Virus record (IMG/VR): IMGVR_UViG_3300033485_000042
Location: 1 to 40,062 of that record
Length of the DNA: 40,062 nt
Direction: 5' to 3' (one strand)
From: a virus
Taxonomy: Duplodnaviria; Caudoviricetes
The notes beneath the pieces are model-generated. The model was not told the DNA's origin. It saw only the letters and a list, made by a program, of their open reading frames with translations, and did no database searches. This document shows positions 16,135-26,511 of the stretch, piece by piece (the stretch's first letter is position 1; each line of letters begins with the position of its first letter). Position numbers and translations under genes: made by a program.

Positions 16135-18602
16135 TATTGTACCGCCCTTTCTGCAATGTAAAGCCGTCCGTCCTGTGACGCTTTATATAAATCATCGTAA
16201 AAAACCTGTTTGTCAATCGGTGCTACTCTGAAAATCTGATTACCACCCGATCCTTTACCGGATGCAATATCAAAAAGTTGTCCCTGCTGTTCTGCGTTTA
16301 ATACCATCTCGCCTGAGTTTACATTAGCTTGTACTTTGTCGCCGCTAAAAGAATTACCCGGAACAATACCACCGGATGCAAACTTAGGAGCTTGCGGCTT
16401 TGCTTGTGCTACTGCTGCATATTGCAGACTTGCGGCAGCAAGCGCAAGACCGGCTACAATAGGTGCAATGTAGAATCCAATTATCGGAGTTGCAAGGGCT
16501 GATACATACGCATTGAGAGGAGCGGCAAGCATTTGAATCATTGCCATTTGACGCTGTAATTCCCATGACCTAACCTGAGAATCATATTCCGCTTTGGCTT
16601 TCTTTTTGTTATATTCTTCTTCTATTTTTGCTTTAGTTAATATGCGTTGTCTATCTGCAATGGTTTGAGCATCGCCACCGGCTACGGCAGCGTCATATTC
16701 CGCTTGCGCTTGCTGTACTGCCGTTTCTTCCGCAACTCCGGCGGCTTCAAGTCTAGCCTGCATTTCATAGTCAAGATTATTTAATGTTGTCTGTAATTGT
16801 GCATTATTAAGATCAATCATGGCCTGCATTAAGCCAGTGATAGCACCTGTCACTGTCTGCACGTTTGCGTTTATTGCTGCGGCTTTACCATTAAAATCAA
16901 GTTTATCCCACTCTTTACCCATGTCGGCAATAGACGGAGCCATTGATTTTACGGTTAATAATTGTTTTGAAAATTCCGGGTTTAATCGTAAGTATGTTTG
17001 CAGCTGAACAATAGATGCTTGAATCTCTGGTGAAAGTTTACCCCATAGGTCAATATCATCTTGTATATTAAGTCCGGCCTTAATCTTTGCGGATATGTTC
17101 TCCATTTCCTGACCGGAAACTTTTGACATATTCATGATAGCAGTTGCAACTTGTGGCGGTAATCCCTCTATATCTTCAAGAGATGATTTTAAAGATGCCT
17201 CATTCTTTCCGTTTAATTGACTGACAAAATATCGTAGTTCTGGCGTTGCATTAGCCCAAGCAAGCCCCATGTCTTTAGTGCTTTGTGCAAGTTTTAATTG
17301 ATCCTTGTCAATAGCCTTCTGACCACCTTTAGCCGCTAGTGCTTCGGCCTCTGTAATCTTCTTGTTTAAATCAGCTGTAGCTGCTGCCCGTTTTTTATCT
17401 GCGTCAGTATTGGCTTTTGATTTATTAGCTAATTCGTCCGATATATCTGCAAGGTCATTGCTTTTGTTTATATTTGCCTGCATGGCCTGTGTGGCTTGAC
17501 CTAGTGCTTGACCTTCTTTCTTTAATGAGTCTGCTAATTGACGAGCTTTTGGGTCTGACGATTTATTTAATTCTTCAATTACTTTTGTATATTGGCCTGT
17601 TCTTTTTGTTGATGTTTCAAGTTCTTTGTTTATGAGACCATATGCCGATGCCTGAGTAATGATAATATCAATATTTTCTTTTACTCTTTTTTTATCATTT
17701 TCAGCATTATATAACTTTGCACTATTGTATGCTTTTTCAACTGCATAAGCCAATACAGCAAATCCCTTTATTGCGCTTGCTGCCGCTTTAGTTATTGCAT
17801 TTATACTGTCAGACAATAAACCGCCGGACTCGGAAGAAACAAGAAACAATCTTGCCATCTTTCCTATTTCAGGATTTATCTCTTTACCGATTCCTTCCAT
17901 GATGCCGGTAAGACGCTGGTCGAGTCTACGCATTGAGTTAGCGAATGATTCAGACGTACCGGCATAATCACCGAGAGCGTTCTTTGACTGATCAACTGCA
18001 AGCTTTATGCGAAGCATTGCCTTTTCTTGCAACGACATCTTCTCTGTGTCCTTACCTAAGCGTAGGCCAAAGTTACGCAACTGTTCATCGCCAATGGCAA
18101 GCCCCAAAGATTTAGCTTGCTCTGTTTCTCCTAGTAATGCTTTTGTCAGTGCCTCAGATGCGCCCTTTACGCCACCGGAATAGTTAGTCATGGATACAAG
18201 GTCACCGGATAGCCTTTGTATAACGTCTGATACTGCAAGAGAAGCCTCTTGTGTCATTCCAAAGCCTTGCAATAGGTTACCAGTAGCCGAAAGCAGTCCT
18301 TTTGATTCTGTTATGCCAAGACCGTAAGCGTCAGACAATGCCTGTGCGGTTGATTCTGCAATCGGTTTTATCTTAGAGAATACAACGTTAAATTTAGAAG
18401 TGGTTTCTTCTGCGTCAGATGCGGCCTTAGATGCTTTTGAGAAAAACGAAGCAAGACCGACGGATGACACAATAGTAGCAATTGACTTTAGTACATTACC
18501 AACGCCAGTTGCTGACTTCTTAGTGTCGTCCATAGACTTTTTAAAGCCGGAGTTATCTCCGGTTATTTTAAAAACTAATTGCCCTAAATCGTAATTTGCC
18601 AT
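16134..18602 (-). CDS. Tail tape measure protein
   Basis: 822 aa, Ala-rich helical; AASDAEETTSKFNVVF; KFASGGIVPG..GDKV..NVNSGEMVLN. Confidence 0.93.
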   Translation of the reverse strand: MANYDLGQLVFKITGDNSGFKKSMDDTKKSATGVGNVLKSIATIVSSVGLASFFSKASKAASDAEETTSKFNVVFSKIKPIAESTAQALSDAYGLGITESKGLLSATGNLLQGFGMTQEASLAVSDVIQRLSGDLVSMTNYSGGVKGASEALTKALLGETEQAKSLGLAIGDEQLRNFGLRLGKDTEKMSLQEKAMLRIKLAVDQSKNALGDYAGTSESFANSMRRLDQRLTGIMEGIGKEINPEIGKMARLFLVSSESGGLLSDSINAITKAAASAIKGFAVLAYAVEKAYNSAKLYNAENDKKRVKENIDIIITQASAYGLINKELETSTKRTGQYTKVIEELNKSSDPKARQLADSLKKEGQALGQATQAMQANINKSNDLADISDELANKSKANTDADKKRAAATADLNKKITEAEALAAKGGQKAIDKDQLKLAQSTKDMGLAWANATPELRYFVSQLNGKNEASLKSSLEDIEGLPPQVATAIMNMSKVSGQEMENISAKIKAGLNIQDDIDLWGKLSPEIQASIVQLQTYLRLNPEFSKQLLTVKSMAPSIADMGKEWDKLDFNGKAAAINANVQTVTGAITGLMQAMIDLNNAQLQTTLNNLDYEMQARLEAAGVAEETAVQQAQAEYDAAVAGGDAQTIADRQRILTKAKIEEEYNKKKAKAEYDSQVRSWELQRQMAMIQMLAAPLNAYVSALATPIIGFYIAPIVAGLALAAASLQYAAVAQAKPQAPKFASGGIVPGNSFSGDKVQANVNSGEMVLNAEQQGQLFDIASGKGSGGNQIFRVAPIDKQVFYDDLYKASQDGRLYIAERAVQ

Positions 18603-18605
18603 TTA

Positions 18606-18840
18606 TTAACTCATCGAAAAAGGTTCTTTCTTGCTTTCCCATATCCAGTTGATAAGCGATATTTTATTTCTACCGACATACACATATTGTTCACATAGAT
18701 TTGCTGATATTATAGCGTTATTAGTCATCGGTACGTCCATTTCTTCCCAGTATTCATATTCGCTGATAGGTCGATAGTATTTATTTAAAGCGGATATCAG
18801 TCTATCGACGTAAAAAACAGTATTGTCACTTATCGAATTT
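18606..18840 (-). CDS. -1 frameshift extension of the tail assembly chaperone (gpGT-like)
   Basis: A10 run at 18838-18847; the -1 frame is open NSISDNTVFYVDRLISALNKYY...KKEPFSMS up to just before the TMP start. Confidence 0.8.
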
Positions 18841-19273
18841 TTTTTTTATCTAAGTCTTTATGAACTGCGACATTTAAAAAGTCGTATTCAATCTCACAGT
18901 CAATGCAATCATCCCAGTATTCACGATCATGCAGTTTTCCGTCTACGATACCGTTCTGCATTAGTATCTTTCGTATGAGTGCAAAGCGTCTTGTCGGTAT
19001 ATCGCTATATGGCTTGCTTTCGCTTATCTTAATAATACGTTTGGCCTCTGCTTCATAATCATTGGCCTGTTCTTGTGTCGGATTATCAAGAGCGTTAAAC
19101 TTTAATTCTGCTACTCTAAACTTTGCAACTTCGTAGGTCATTTCCTTTGTGAGTCTATCAAGTTCGTTAAATTCTTTTATGCGACCGTTTGGAATAAAAG
19201 TAATCGTAACCTTAATAAGGCTATAAGCCCCGTCTTCATTACATTCTATTTCGTAAACTATTGACTTACTCAC
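18830..19273 (-). CDS. Tail assembly chaperone (gpG-like)
   Basis: Between major tail and TMP genes; ends DLDKKKIR on a slippery A-run; AAGGAG RBS with GTG start. Confidence 0.82.
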   Translation of the reverse strand: MSKSIVYEIECNEDGAYSLIKVTITFIPNGRIKEFNELDRLTKEMTYEVAKFRVAELKFNALDNPTQEQANDYEAEAKRIIKISESKPYSDIPTRRFALIRKILMQNGIVDGKLHDREYWDDCIDCEIEYDFLNVAVHKDLDKKKIR

Positions 19274-19289
19274 AGAAGTCTCCTTGTGT

Positions 19290-19316
19290 AAAATATGCCG
19301 GGCTGTTACACCCGGC
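19290..19316 (-). terminator. Stem-loop after the major tail gene (weak terminator or stabiliser)
   Basis: GCCGGG-N8-CCCGGC followed by ATATTTT. Confidence 0.55.
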
Positions 19317-19324
19317 TAAATCTA

Positions 19325-20194
19325 TTAAACTACTCCGGTATCAGTAAACCATGCAAAGAGCTGGCGACCGTCTGTCAGAGTTGTATCTATTTCACCAGTG
19401 AAAGAAAGCGGAAGCGTGTCGGTTCCGTCTGACAATGCAGATTTAAGACCGAATGCGATACCACCTGAATTAGTTGTTACGCTGTACAATTCAAGTCCTC
19501 TAGCTTTTCCGGTAGAGTCATTACAAGTGAACTTCATTTTATAAGCGTTAAACGTAGCAGTTGAAGAACCACAGTAAAGCGTATTACGTGCTACAGGAGT
19601 GTTTGAACCATAATCAATAGTAATAGTTTTTGTAGTTGGTGCAACGTCACTAATAGCAGTTGTATCAAACTGAATTGACCATCCAGAAACGGCATTACTT
19701 TTAACAACCATATAGTCGGTATGCTCTGCTAATACTTCCGGTGTTCCAGTTGCATCAAGGGTGACACTTGTAAATGTTGGCTTTGTTGCGCCCATTTTTA
19801 ACAATGTGCTATCTGTTGCAGATGTCTCCATCTCTAAATCGTAAAGCGTATTCTGCGCCCATCCAGCCGCGATGACTTGATTTGGTGCTGTTGTATTTGC
19901 ACTTGCAGCAGTATCTACCGACGTAATAACGCCGCCGGATACTTTTACAATGCCAGCAGGGTCAAGATCCATGAGCGTTATAGATCCGGTCATTTTCATA
20001 TCTTTTTTGTAGTTTTTTAAAATAGCCGCCGAGTTATCTTGTACTTTTACGTCAGTCCACTCAAGAGCAATATTTACGTCTCCATCAACGGAACCCATGT
20101 CCGTATAAGACCCTGCACCCGATTCCTGTACTTCTACTCGTGAGCCACCCGGAATAAATATATATGCGGTTGACACTTTTGTCGTTTGTTTCAT
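19325..20194 (-). CDS. Major tail (tube) protein
   Basis: Position; Thr/Ser/Gly-rich beta protein; DGRQLF near the C-terminus. Confidence 0.82.
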   Translation of the reverse strand: MKQTTKVSTAYIFIPGGSRVEVQESGAGSYTDMGSVDGDVNIALEWTDVKVQDNSAAILKNYKKDMKMTGSITLMDLDPAGIVKVSGGVITSVDTAASANTTAPNQVIAAGWAQNTLYDLEMETSATDSTLLKMGATKPTFTSVTLDATGTPEVLAEHTDYMVVKSNAVSGWSIQFDTTAISDVAPTTKTITIDYGSNTPVARNTLYCGSSTATFNAYKMKFTCNDSTGKARGLELYSVTTNSGGIAFGLKSALSDGTDTLPLSFTGEIDTTLTDGRQLFAWFTDTGVV

Positions 20195-20198
20195 TGTT

Positions 20199-20573
20199 CT
20201 ATTTCCTCTTTATAGTTACTTCTACTGGAATATTGTACACGTCTGTATTGTCTTGCGGTTGTAATCCCTGTTGAATCTGACAGTACAGTCTGTACGTTGT
20301 GTATGATTCAAGATTGATTGTGTTTACAACTGCAACGGCTATAGTCATTGCTTCTGCTTTTGTTTCTGCTCTGCAGTTTATCGTATACGTTGCAAGACCG
20401 TAATCCAGTCTACAATCAATCACGCCTAGCTGATAAAAGTTAATTGTTTTCTTTGCATAACAGTCTGCCGGAATAACCATGTCAGAAAAAAGCGCATAGC
20501 CTGTTCCGTATGCATCAAGTAAAGAAGTTATTGCCGTTACATTCAAAGCGTTGTAAATATCAGTCGAATACAC
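20199..20573 (-). CDS. Tail terminator/completion protein
   Basis: Size and position between the gp10-like gene and the major tail gene. Confidence 0.65.
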   Translation of the reverse strand: MYSTDIYNALNVTAITSLLDAYGTGYALFSDMVIPADCYAKKTINFYQLGVIDCRLDYGLATYTINCRAETKAEAMTIAVAVVNTINLESYTTYRLYCQIQQGLQPQDNTDVYNIPVEVTIKRK

Positions 20574-20997
20574 GTTTTTGCCCCTTTACCAGTTTACCCA
20601 TTGCCATTTCTGCTTGAATCATTTTGATAACTTCTGCCCGTCCGACATTTCTAGCGTATAATAAAATAGATGGTCTCAAATACGGTTGCGGTCTCATTCG
20701 TCTAGTCCCGAACTCTACGTATGGAGCGTAACGCACTCTAGTACCTACGTATGCCTCGTATTCTTTCGGCACTACGTTTATTTTCTCACTTGCTAAATCG
20801 CCAGACTGATCATTAAAGCCGCCTTCTGCATCGTCAGTCTTCCACATAATCCCGTTTCTTAGTCTTCCACCATTTACAATGGCAACCGGGCATAATGCTT
20901 TTGCCTGTGCTGCAATCTTTGCGGCTAATCCTAAACTTGCTTGCTGCGTAACTTTATTAACTAAATCAGTATAATCGTTAAACTGTATCTCTACCAT
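20560..20997 (-). CDS. HK97 gp10-like tail completion protein
   Basis: AKALCPV..GRLRNGI; VGTRVRYAPYVEFGTRRMRPQPYLRPS. Confidence 0.92.
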   Translation of the reverse strand: MVEIQFNDYTDLVNKVTQQASLGLAAKIAAQAKALCPVAIVNGGRLRNGIMWKTDDAEGGFNDQSGDLASEKINVVPKEYEAYVGTRVRYAPYVEFGTRRMRPQPYLRPSILLYARNVGRAEVIKMIQAEMAMGKLVKGQKRVFD

Positions 20998-21048
20998 GTA
21001 ACCCCCGAATGTCTTTTGACATCTCTGGCTTCTGCCTCCTTTCGGAAA

Positions 21049-21408
21049 TCACGTAAATTCTTTGAGTGGAATCATTACCGCTTGATTTTGTCCTGCTATA
21101 TCATCAGCGTAAAAAGCTGAAAAATAACCTATAACTGTTACTCCGTCCAATATCTCGATACGTGCCGCTTTTGGTATATCTGTTATTTGTAAATCTTCCG
21201 GTCTGCATATCATTGTCGCTGATACATCAGGCTTGAATTTATCTGATATTAGCCTTGATGATATACCACCACGCCAAAACAAGCATTCAACCGTTTTACT
21301 TGTTGGATATGTTATCGGCCCAGCGACACCATTAGTATACGTCTGTGTTTTGGGCTGTATATTTGCCATATATGTTTTATGGCGCGACATTATACAATTT
21401 ACTATCAT
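21049..21408 (-). CDS. Head closure (stopper) protein
   Basis: Size and position in the neck module. Confidence 0.6.
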   Translation of the reverse strand: MIVNCIMSRHKTYMANIQPKTQTYTNGVAGPITYPTSKTVECLFWRGGISSRLISDKFKPDVSATMICRPEDLQITDIPKAARIEILDGVTVIGYFSAFYADDIAGQNQAVMIPLKEFT

Positions 21409-21412
21409 AAAC

Positions 21413-23242
21413 CTATACCGTTATATCCCACAACATAGCCCCGGAGGAAACAGGGACGCTTATAGTTGCAATTTTTACAGTACCGCGTTTTATCAAATAA
21501 TAAACAACACCGCCGTTACTATTAATCATATTAACATTATCTATCAAATTAAATTCTACGCGCCCATTGGCATCAGCCGCCGCATTTATTTCTTCGGAGC
21601 ATATCTCAACATTGTTTTTATATATAATAATGTCATCGGTTAACGATGCCGTGAACGTTTCCGAACATACCTTCCCATCCGCCTTTTGCGCATACCAATA
21701 AACGGCACATATATTCAAGGCATCCCGCGCCTCACCAGCAAAATCGTATGTGATTGATAGTGATTGTATCGACGGAGTTGTTATGCCTGTCGCGGCATGT
21801 AGATATAGCACAATATTAAAATCAATCGCTATTGTAGTGAATGCTGCTTTATGCGTCTCTATCTCGGCGATTATATTTGATTGCGCATACCCGCTACTTA
21901 CCGCCCACGCAGTCCCCGACCAGTAATAATTTATACCGTCTTTCTGTAATACTGCTTTTATCGCGTCGCTTCCTGTTGCTGTTATCGACGCAGTAATAGC
22001 AAGTAATGCGTCAATACGAAATCCCTGCGATAATGTAATCGTTGGGTTACTGGTAGAATATGTTTCTCCAACGACGATAGCGTCAAAACTCGTTATGCTT
22101 TGTTGTATAGCCGATGCGGCGAAATGTATACGCGGCTGTCCATAAATCTCGCCGTTGATATCAAGCGTTGTACAATGAGCATTGAAATCGGCCATCGTAT
22201 TTGATTGCATATATGACCCGTCAGAAGTCGCCCACGAAGACCCGTTCCAGTACACATATATACCTGATCTACCGATTTGAATTGAAAATCGCGGGTCATT
22301 GGACATCGTAGCGATCATCGAATCAAATGCAAGCAACGTACCAGCACCCGTATAATGCAATTCGGGGCATGTTACCGTTGTCTCTGCGTAAAACGTACTC
22401 GATACAGCATAACCGGGCGTATAATTCGCAATATGTTGTACGGTAGGAAAGACAAGAACATCATCAAAATATCCATTAGAGGCATTTCCACCAGTGTAAT
22501 GCGCCCCGATTACAAGACTTGCAACCGACCCGCTGCGTGTCCCCGTACCTGTTTGTGTTGCACCCAATTGAACCCCGTCAATAAATAATCTGGTTGCACC
22601 TGTTGTAATATCCCAATTCATCTCAAACTCATATTCAGTACCGGATACCGGAGTCCATGCTCCCAGATATACAGACACAATTGCCGCGCCGTCATTGTCC
22701 AGTACAGACATTTCCATAGTACCCGCCGACGAATGCCTTAATCCGATGTATTTAGTATAATCCCCGAATGCAGTACTGATAGAAAATAATGCATTATGAG
22801 CGGTGGGACTCCCAGAATACGCCGGAGTAAACTTAAACCGAACACACCCCGTCTGTAATGAATTTGCGTTACTGATTGCATCGTAGCGCACATATTTCGT
22901 ACCGCCAGTTAAATCGAGTTTACCGCCCGATACCGAAGCCCCGCCGCTTGCCGTGCCTGTAAGAACGCCGTTACCCCAATTACCGTTGATATCAACACTA
23001 TAATTCACGCCGAACGTAGCACCTGCTTGCCGTTGATCTTTTTGACGACATAATGACCCGGTAAATTCTGCTTTTGTATTATCATATGTAAATCCGGTAT
23101 CATCTAAAAATGTCTGCACGAAGTGCTGATCCGGTAATGCCTGTAATTTCAAGCTTGCCCCAGATACCGTATATTCTACATCATCAGGGTCACTGATAAA
23201 ACTAGTACCGCTCGTAAATGTATATGAATTAGTCACGCTCAT
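21413..23242 (-). CDS. LamG/concanavalin-like domain virion protein
   Basis: TRLFIDGVQLG...LVIGAHY....NGYFDDVLVF LamG signature; duplicated YWxGxxW..S..YxQSN module. Confidence 0.8.
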   Translation of the reverse strand: MSVTNSYTFTSGTSFISDPDDVEYTVSGASLKLQALPDQHFVQTFLDDTGFTYDNTKAEFTGSLCRQKDQRQAGATFGVNYSVDINGNWGNGVLTGTASGGASVSGGKLDLTGGTKYVRYDAISNANSLQTGCVRFKFTPAYSGSPTAHNALFSISTAFGDYTKYIGLRHSSAGTMEMSVLDNDGAAIVSVYLGAWTPVSGTEYEFEMNWDITTGATRLFIDGVQLGATQTGTGTRSGSVASLVIGAHYTGGNASNGYFDDVLVFPTVQHIANYTPGYAVSSTFYAETTVTCPELHYTGAGTLLAFDSMIATMSNDPRFSIQIGRSGIYVYWNGSSWATSDGSYMQSNTMADFNAHCTTLDINGEIYGQPRIHFAASAIQQSITSFDAIVVGETYSTSNPTITLSQGFRIDALLAITASITATGSDAIKAVLQKDGINYYWSGTAWAVSSGYAQSNIIAEIETHKAAFTTIAIDFNIVLYLHAATGITTPSIQSLSITYDFAGEARDALNICAVYWYAQKADGKVCSETFTASLTDDIIIYKNNVEICSEEINAAADANGRVEFNLIDNVNMINSNGGVVYYLIKRGTVKIATISVPVSSGAMLWDITV

Positions 23243-23245
23243 TTA

Positions 23246-23827
23246 TTATGACATCCTCGCAAAAGGTATTCCAAGATCATCAATCAACTTTTGCGGATAA
23301 TTGTATTTTGCATTTATTTCATTCTGTGAATACGTTACAGATACCGGCCCGAAAGTCTCGCTTGATACTGATTGTATGCTAACACTAGTTGTATTTTGCT
23401 GCGTATATTTGTACCATATCATTTTAGATATTGCAGGCCATTGTGCAATGTTTATAGTTGGGTATATTGTCGTACCCGATCCTGTTGGTGTTGCAGAAAG
23501 TGTGAACAGTCCGCTAATAGGATCAAAAGAATCTATATACGTGTCTACGGGGAGATAAGTATCAGTAACAACCGTTCCTATGTTTATTTCGCTTTCGCCG
23601 ATTCCAGAAAAGTCGCCTCTATTCCTTGTGGTGTAAATGGATAAATCAATGTTTTTAGATGCAGAAGAAAAGGCGCACGAATACCAACGGTTAAACTGAT
23701 AATTCAAAATGCGCCTGATATCTGCTGAAACAATAGGGATTAACGCGGTCAACGCTGAATCATATGTTGATGCAGTGATTCCTAATTGAGTCTTGACCGT
23801 TGCCAGTGAAATAAGATTCAGCGTCAT
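23246..23827 (-). CDS. Head-tail adaptor protein
   Basis: ISLATVKTQLGIT..YDSAL; SVSSETFGPVSVTY. Confidence 0.8.
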   Translation of the reverse strand: MTLNLISLATVKTQLGITASTYDSALTALIPIVSADIRRILNYQFNRWYSCAFSSASKNIDLSIYTTRNRGDFSGIGESEINIGTVVTDTYLPVDTYIDSFDPISGLFTLSATPTGSGTTIYPTINIAQWPAISKMIWYKYTQQNTTSVSIQSVSSETFGPVSVTYSQNEINAKYNYPQKLIDDLGIPFARMS

Positions 23828-23836
23828 TACGTTACC

Positions 23837-24817
23837 CTACATCCAATAAGGCTTTATGAAAGCGTCAACGGCCTGCCCTGCTGCCGTAGCTGCCTGAATA
23901 GCAATACCACAATAGCAAGATGCGTCCGTAGCTTCGTTAGTAAGAGAGTTTACATTTACACCAGCTTCAAGACCACCGAGATACCATTCAACAACTGTTC
24001 CGTAAGGAGTAGACCCAAAGTCTCCTTCGGTTGTTCCATCCATTGCAGCAGCAGTATATTTAGTAGTACCATCAATTCCTACTCCCATACAGCCAATAGT
24101 AGCGGTAGATGCACCCGAACCATCTCGACGCGGTACAAGACCGTATGCCTGAGTAGATGTTCCAGCGTGAATACCAGCAGTCAAAGAAGCTGCGGCTATA
24201 GTCGTGATTGCTGCGTTTCCAGATGCTTCGCGAATTGTAATAGTACCAGCACAAGCGGCAGAAAGACGAGCACCGAGTATTGTATACCAATTGGTAATTG
24301 TTGATACTGCCTGAGTAGTTCCAAGAAGTGTTATTGTCTCTGTCACTAGCGTTGTCAATGCACCATTACGCACACCATACAGTGTGATAGTTTGAGTCGT
24401 ATCGCCGGCAGCGTCAGATATAACCTCAACTCCATCATTAGCAGGCTGATTAGTGAAAGCATCTCCGGCTGTAGCGTCCAATAATGATACTTGAGCTGTC
24501 TGTGCTTTACCTACGCGACCGCTTGCGCGTGTTGCAAGTCTGTCGCCTACTGCAAAAGAAGATGCAGATTTTACTGGAACGAATCCCCATTCAACCGTTC
24601 CGCCTGCATCAATTGCTATTGCGCTTCGTGTAATACCCATAACAAGAGCGTTCTGTTCTGTCCCTGTTTTTACTTCACCGGATGTTAGTTCGCAAATATC
24701 CCCGGCAAGAATACCGGAGCCAGAATCTACCATCGGTATTGTTACCTGACCAGCAACATATGTTCGGAGTTGCGGGTTTTGTATTGCGATTTTTGGATTT
24801 TTCGATTTAGGAGCCAT
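23837..24817 (-). CDS. Capsid decoration/cement protein (DUF2190-like) with a large insertion
   Basis: VMGIT...VPVKSASSFAVGDRLATRASGRVGKA and terminal CGIAIQAATAAGQAVDAFI flank a ~190-aa insert; follows the MCP. Confidence 0.7.
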   Translation of the reverse strand: MAPKSKNPKIAIQNPQLRTYVAGQVTIPMVDSGSGILAGDICELTSGEVKTGTEQNALVMGITRSAIAIDAGGTVEWGFVPVKSASSFAVGDRLATRASGRVGKAQTAQVSLLDATAGDAFTNQPANDGVEVISDAAGDTTQTITLYGVRNGALTTLVTETITLLGTTQAVSTITNWYTILGARLSAACAGTITIREASGNAAITTIAAASLTAGIHAGTSTQAYGLVPRRDGSGASTATIGCMGVGIDGTTKYTAAAMDGTTEGDFGSTPYGTVVEWYLGGLEAGVNVNSLTNEATDASCYCGIAIQAATAAGQAVDAFIKPYWM

Positions 24818-24843
24818 TTAGTTTTATTCCTCTTTAAAGCATA

Positions 24844-24860
24844 GGGGGCATTGCGCCCCC
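24844..24860 (-). terminator. Stem-loop after the major capsid gene
   Basis: GGGGGC-N5-GCCCCC hairpin with a weak U-tract. Confidence 0.5.
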
Positions 24861-24881
24861 GTTAGTTCTGCTGTGTTGTAA

Positions 24882-25835
24882 TTACGATGCAAGACCGTAT
24901 ATTTTTCCATGGAATGATTCGTGTTTAAAATCAATGCCGATATAACCCTCTACATATCCCTTCTGTGCACTTGCACCGTCGATGTATTCTTTAAGAAGAA
25001 TATCCTGTCCGCCCTTGTGGGGCATTACTACAGGCTGACATTTTGCAAGGTCAACAAAGAGCAATGTATTTGCGGGTGCTGCGGTTGTAGGTATAAGAGC
25101 TACAGGGCAGTATGTAGTATAAATCTGTCGGAGCATTACGCCACCAACGTCTACACTCTGAGGTGCAAAACCATAAAGTGTGTTGAGGTCACTGATATAA
25201 TTACCAGCCCCTACAATTGCCATGTTGGTAAAGTTTGCACCTGCTGCAAACATTTTGTCCATTACTTGACGAACCATATCAGAGTCAAGAGTTGCACTTG
25301 ACGCATCAACTGTGCTTGTAGAGATACCGAATGTTGAATCAGTAAGTCCGCCGGCTGCAACGTTGGTTGCTACCGCCGAACGCGCCACATAAGTACCCGA
25401 AAGACAAACTACTTCCCAATCTGCCGCCATCTGTTCATACTTAATAGCCGCCTCTTCATCGAATGCGGTTACTGCTACGTTACCGATAAATGTTGAAGAC
25501 GCTATTTGCGCCGGAGATGCTGCACGAAGATCGGAAACGATTACATCATCTTTCCATATTTGCACAACATTTTTGACAGGTGTTTTAGCATAGAATCTAG
25601 CTGTACCCGCCGACAATGAAGTGTTCTCACTTATGAGTCGAGTCGTTGCCGATGGTGTATCAAGTGAGTTGTGAGCGCACATATCAAATTCTTGCGAACT
25701 GACCTTACGTGCCCCATTTAAGCCACCGATTGCGGCCAAAAATTTACCTGTGTTATTTGCTGCGCCTATCCTTAACACTTCACCCATTACGTTGGTTGCA
25801 TTATAGGTTTGCGCGGTTGCTGAGGTTGCTGACAT
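24882..25835 (-). CDS. Major capsid protein (SU10/DUF5309-like)
   Basis: 317 aa after the scaffold; KNVVQIWKDDVIVS, DWEVVCLSG, GYIGIDFKHESFHGKIYGL. Confidence 0.85.
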   Translation of the reverse strand: MSATSATAQTYNATNVMGEVLRIGAANNTGKFLAAIGGLNGARKVSSQEFDMCAHNSLDTPSATTRLISENTSLSAGTARFYAKTPVKNVVQIWKDDVIVSDLRAASPAQIASSTFIGNVAVTAFDEEAAIKYEQMAADWEVVCLSGTYVARSAVATNVAAGGLTDSTFGISTSTVDASSATLDSDMVRQVMDKMFAAGANFTNMAIVGAGNYISDLNTLYGFAPQSVDVGGVMLRQIYTTYCPVALIPTTAAPANTLLFVDLAKCQPVVMPHKGGQDILLKEYIDGASAQKGYVEGYIGIDFKHESFHGKIYGLAS

Positions 25836-25847
25836 TGTATTTTACCT

Positions 25848-26468
25848 TTAATCTTTTATTAGAATCCCTTCGCTTGAAGCCTGTCGTTTTATGGCAGTCA
25901 TTAGAGCCATAGCGTTCTTTTTCTTTGCTTCATCATATACAGATTGAAGGGTTGCGTTTTGTGGAGGATTGCCACCCTGTGGAGCCTGTCCACCAAAACG
26001 ATCATTAATAGCCTTTTCTGTCCGTTTATTGACTTCTTTGTCGATGTGAGACATTACGGTTTCTAAACTAGTTTTTATTTCTTCGTCTGTTTTGCCGTTA
26101 ATAAGTTTCGCGAAGTCGGGATCAAGCCCCTTACTAACAACAGCGTTTGATTTTTTGAGTTCGATAGCGGTCATATTGGCTCTTTCAATTTCCGCATTTG
26201 CGGCATCTAGTCTAGCCTTGACCTGATCTTCTGCGCTAAGCTTTGAAAGCTCCATTTCCTGAATCTTCTTATCTTTCTCAGAAATGGCTCTATTTAGCCC
26301 GGCAATTTCCGCTTTTTGAGTTTCAAACTTATCTTGCCACGGTTTTAACGAAGCGTCGATTCTTGCTTGAACATCATCAACCGGCGGTACGGTTGTAATC
26401 GGTGGTTCTGCTGGCGGCTGACCCTGTACTGGAAGTACCTTGTCATCTGTAGCGGGTTGTGTAGTCAT
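25848..26468 (-). CDS. Capsid scaffolding protein (DUF4355-like)
   Basis: Pro-rich N-terminus, coiled coil, KLSAEDQ, GLDPDFAKLI; precedes the MCP. Confidence 0.82.
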   Translation of the reverse strand: MTTQPATDDKVLPVQGQPPAEPPITTVPPVDDVQARIDASLKPWQDKFETQKAEIAGLNRAISEKDKKIQEMELSKLSAEDQVKARLDAANAEIERANMTAIELKKSNAVVSKGLDPDFAKLINGKTDEEIKTSLETVMSHIDKEVNKRTEKAINDRFGGQAPQGGNPPQNATLQSVYDEAKKKNAMALMTAIKRQASSEGILIKD

Positions 26469-26482
26469 TAGTCTACTCCTAT

Positions 26483-26511
26483 AGTGTATTAAAAAGTATG
26501 CTAAAAGTCAA
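26483..26511 (-). promoter_or_regulatory. sigma70-like promoter upstream of scaffold/capsid
   Basis: TTGACT-N17-TACACT with an upstream A-tract. Confidence 0.6.
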
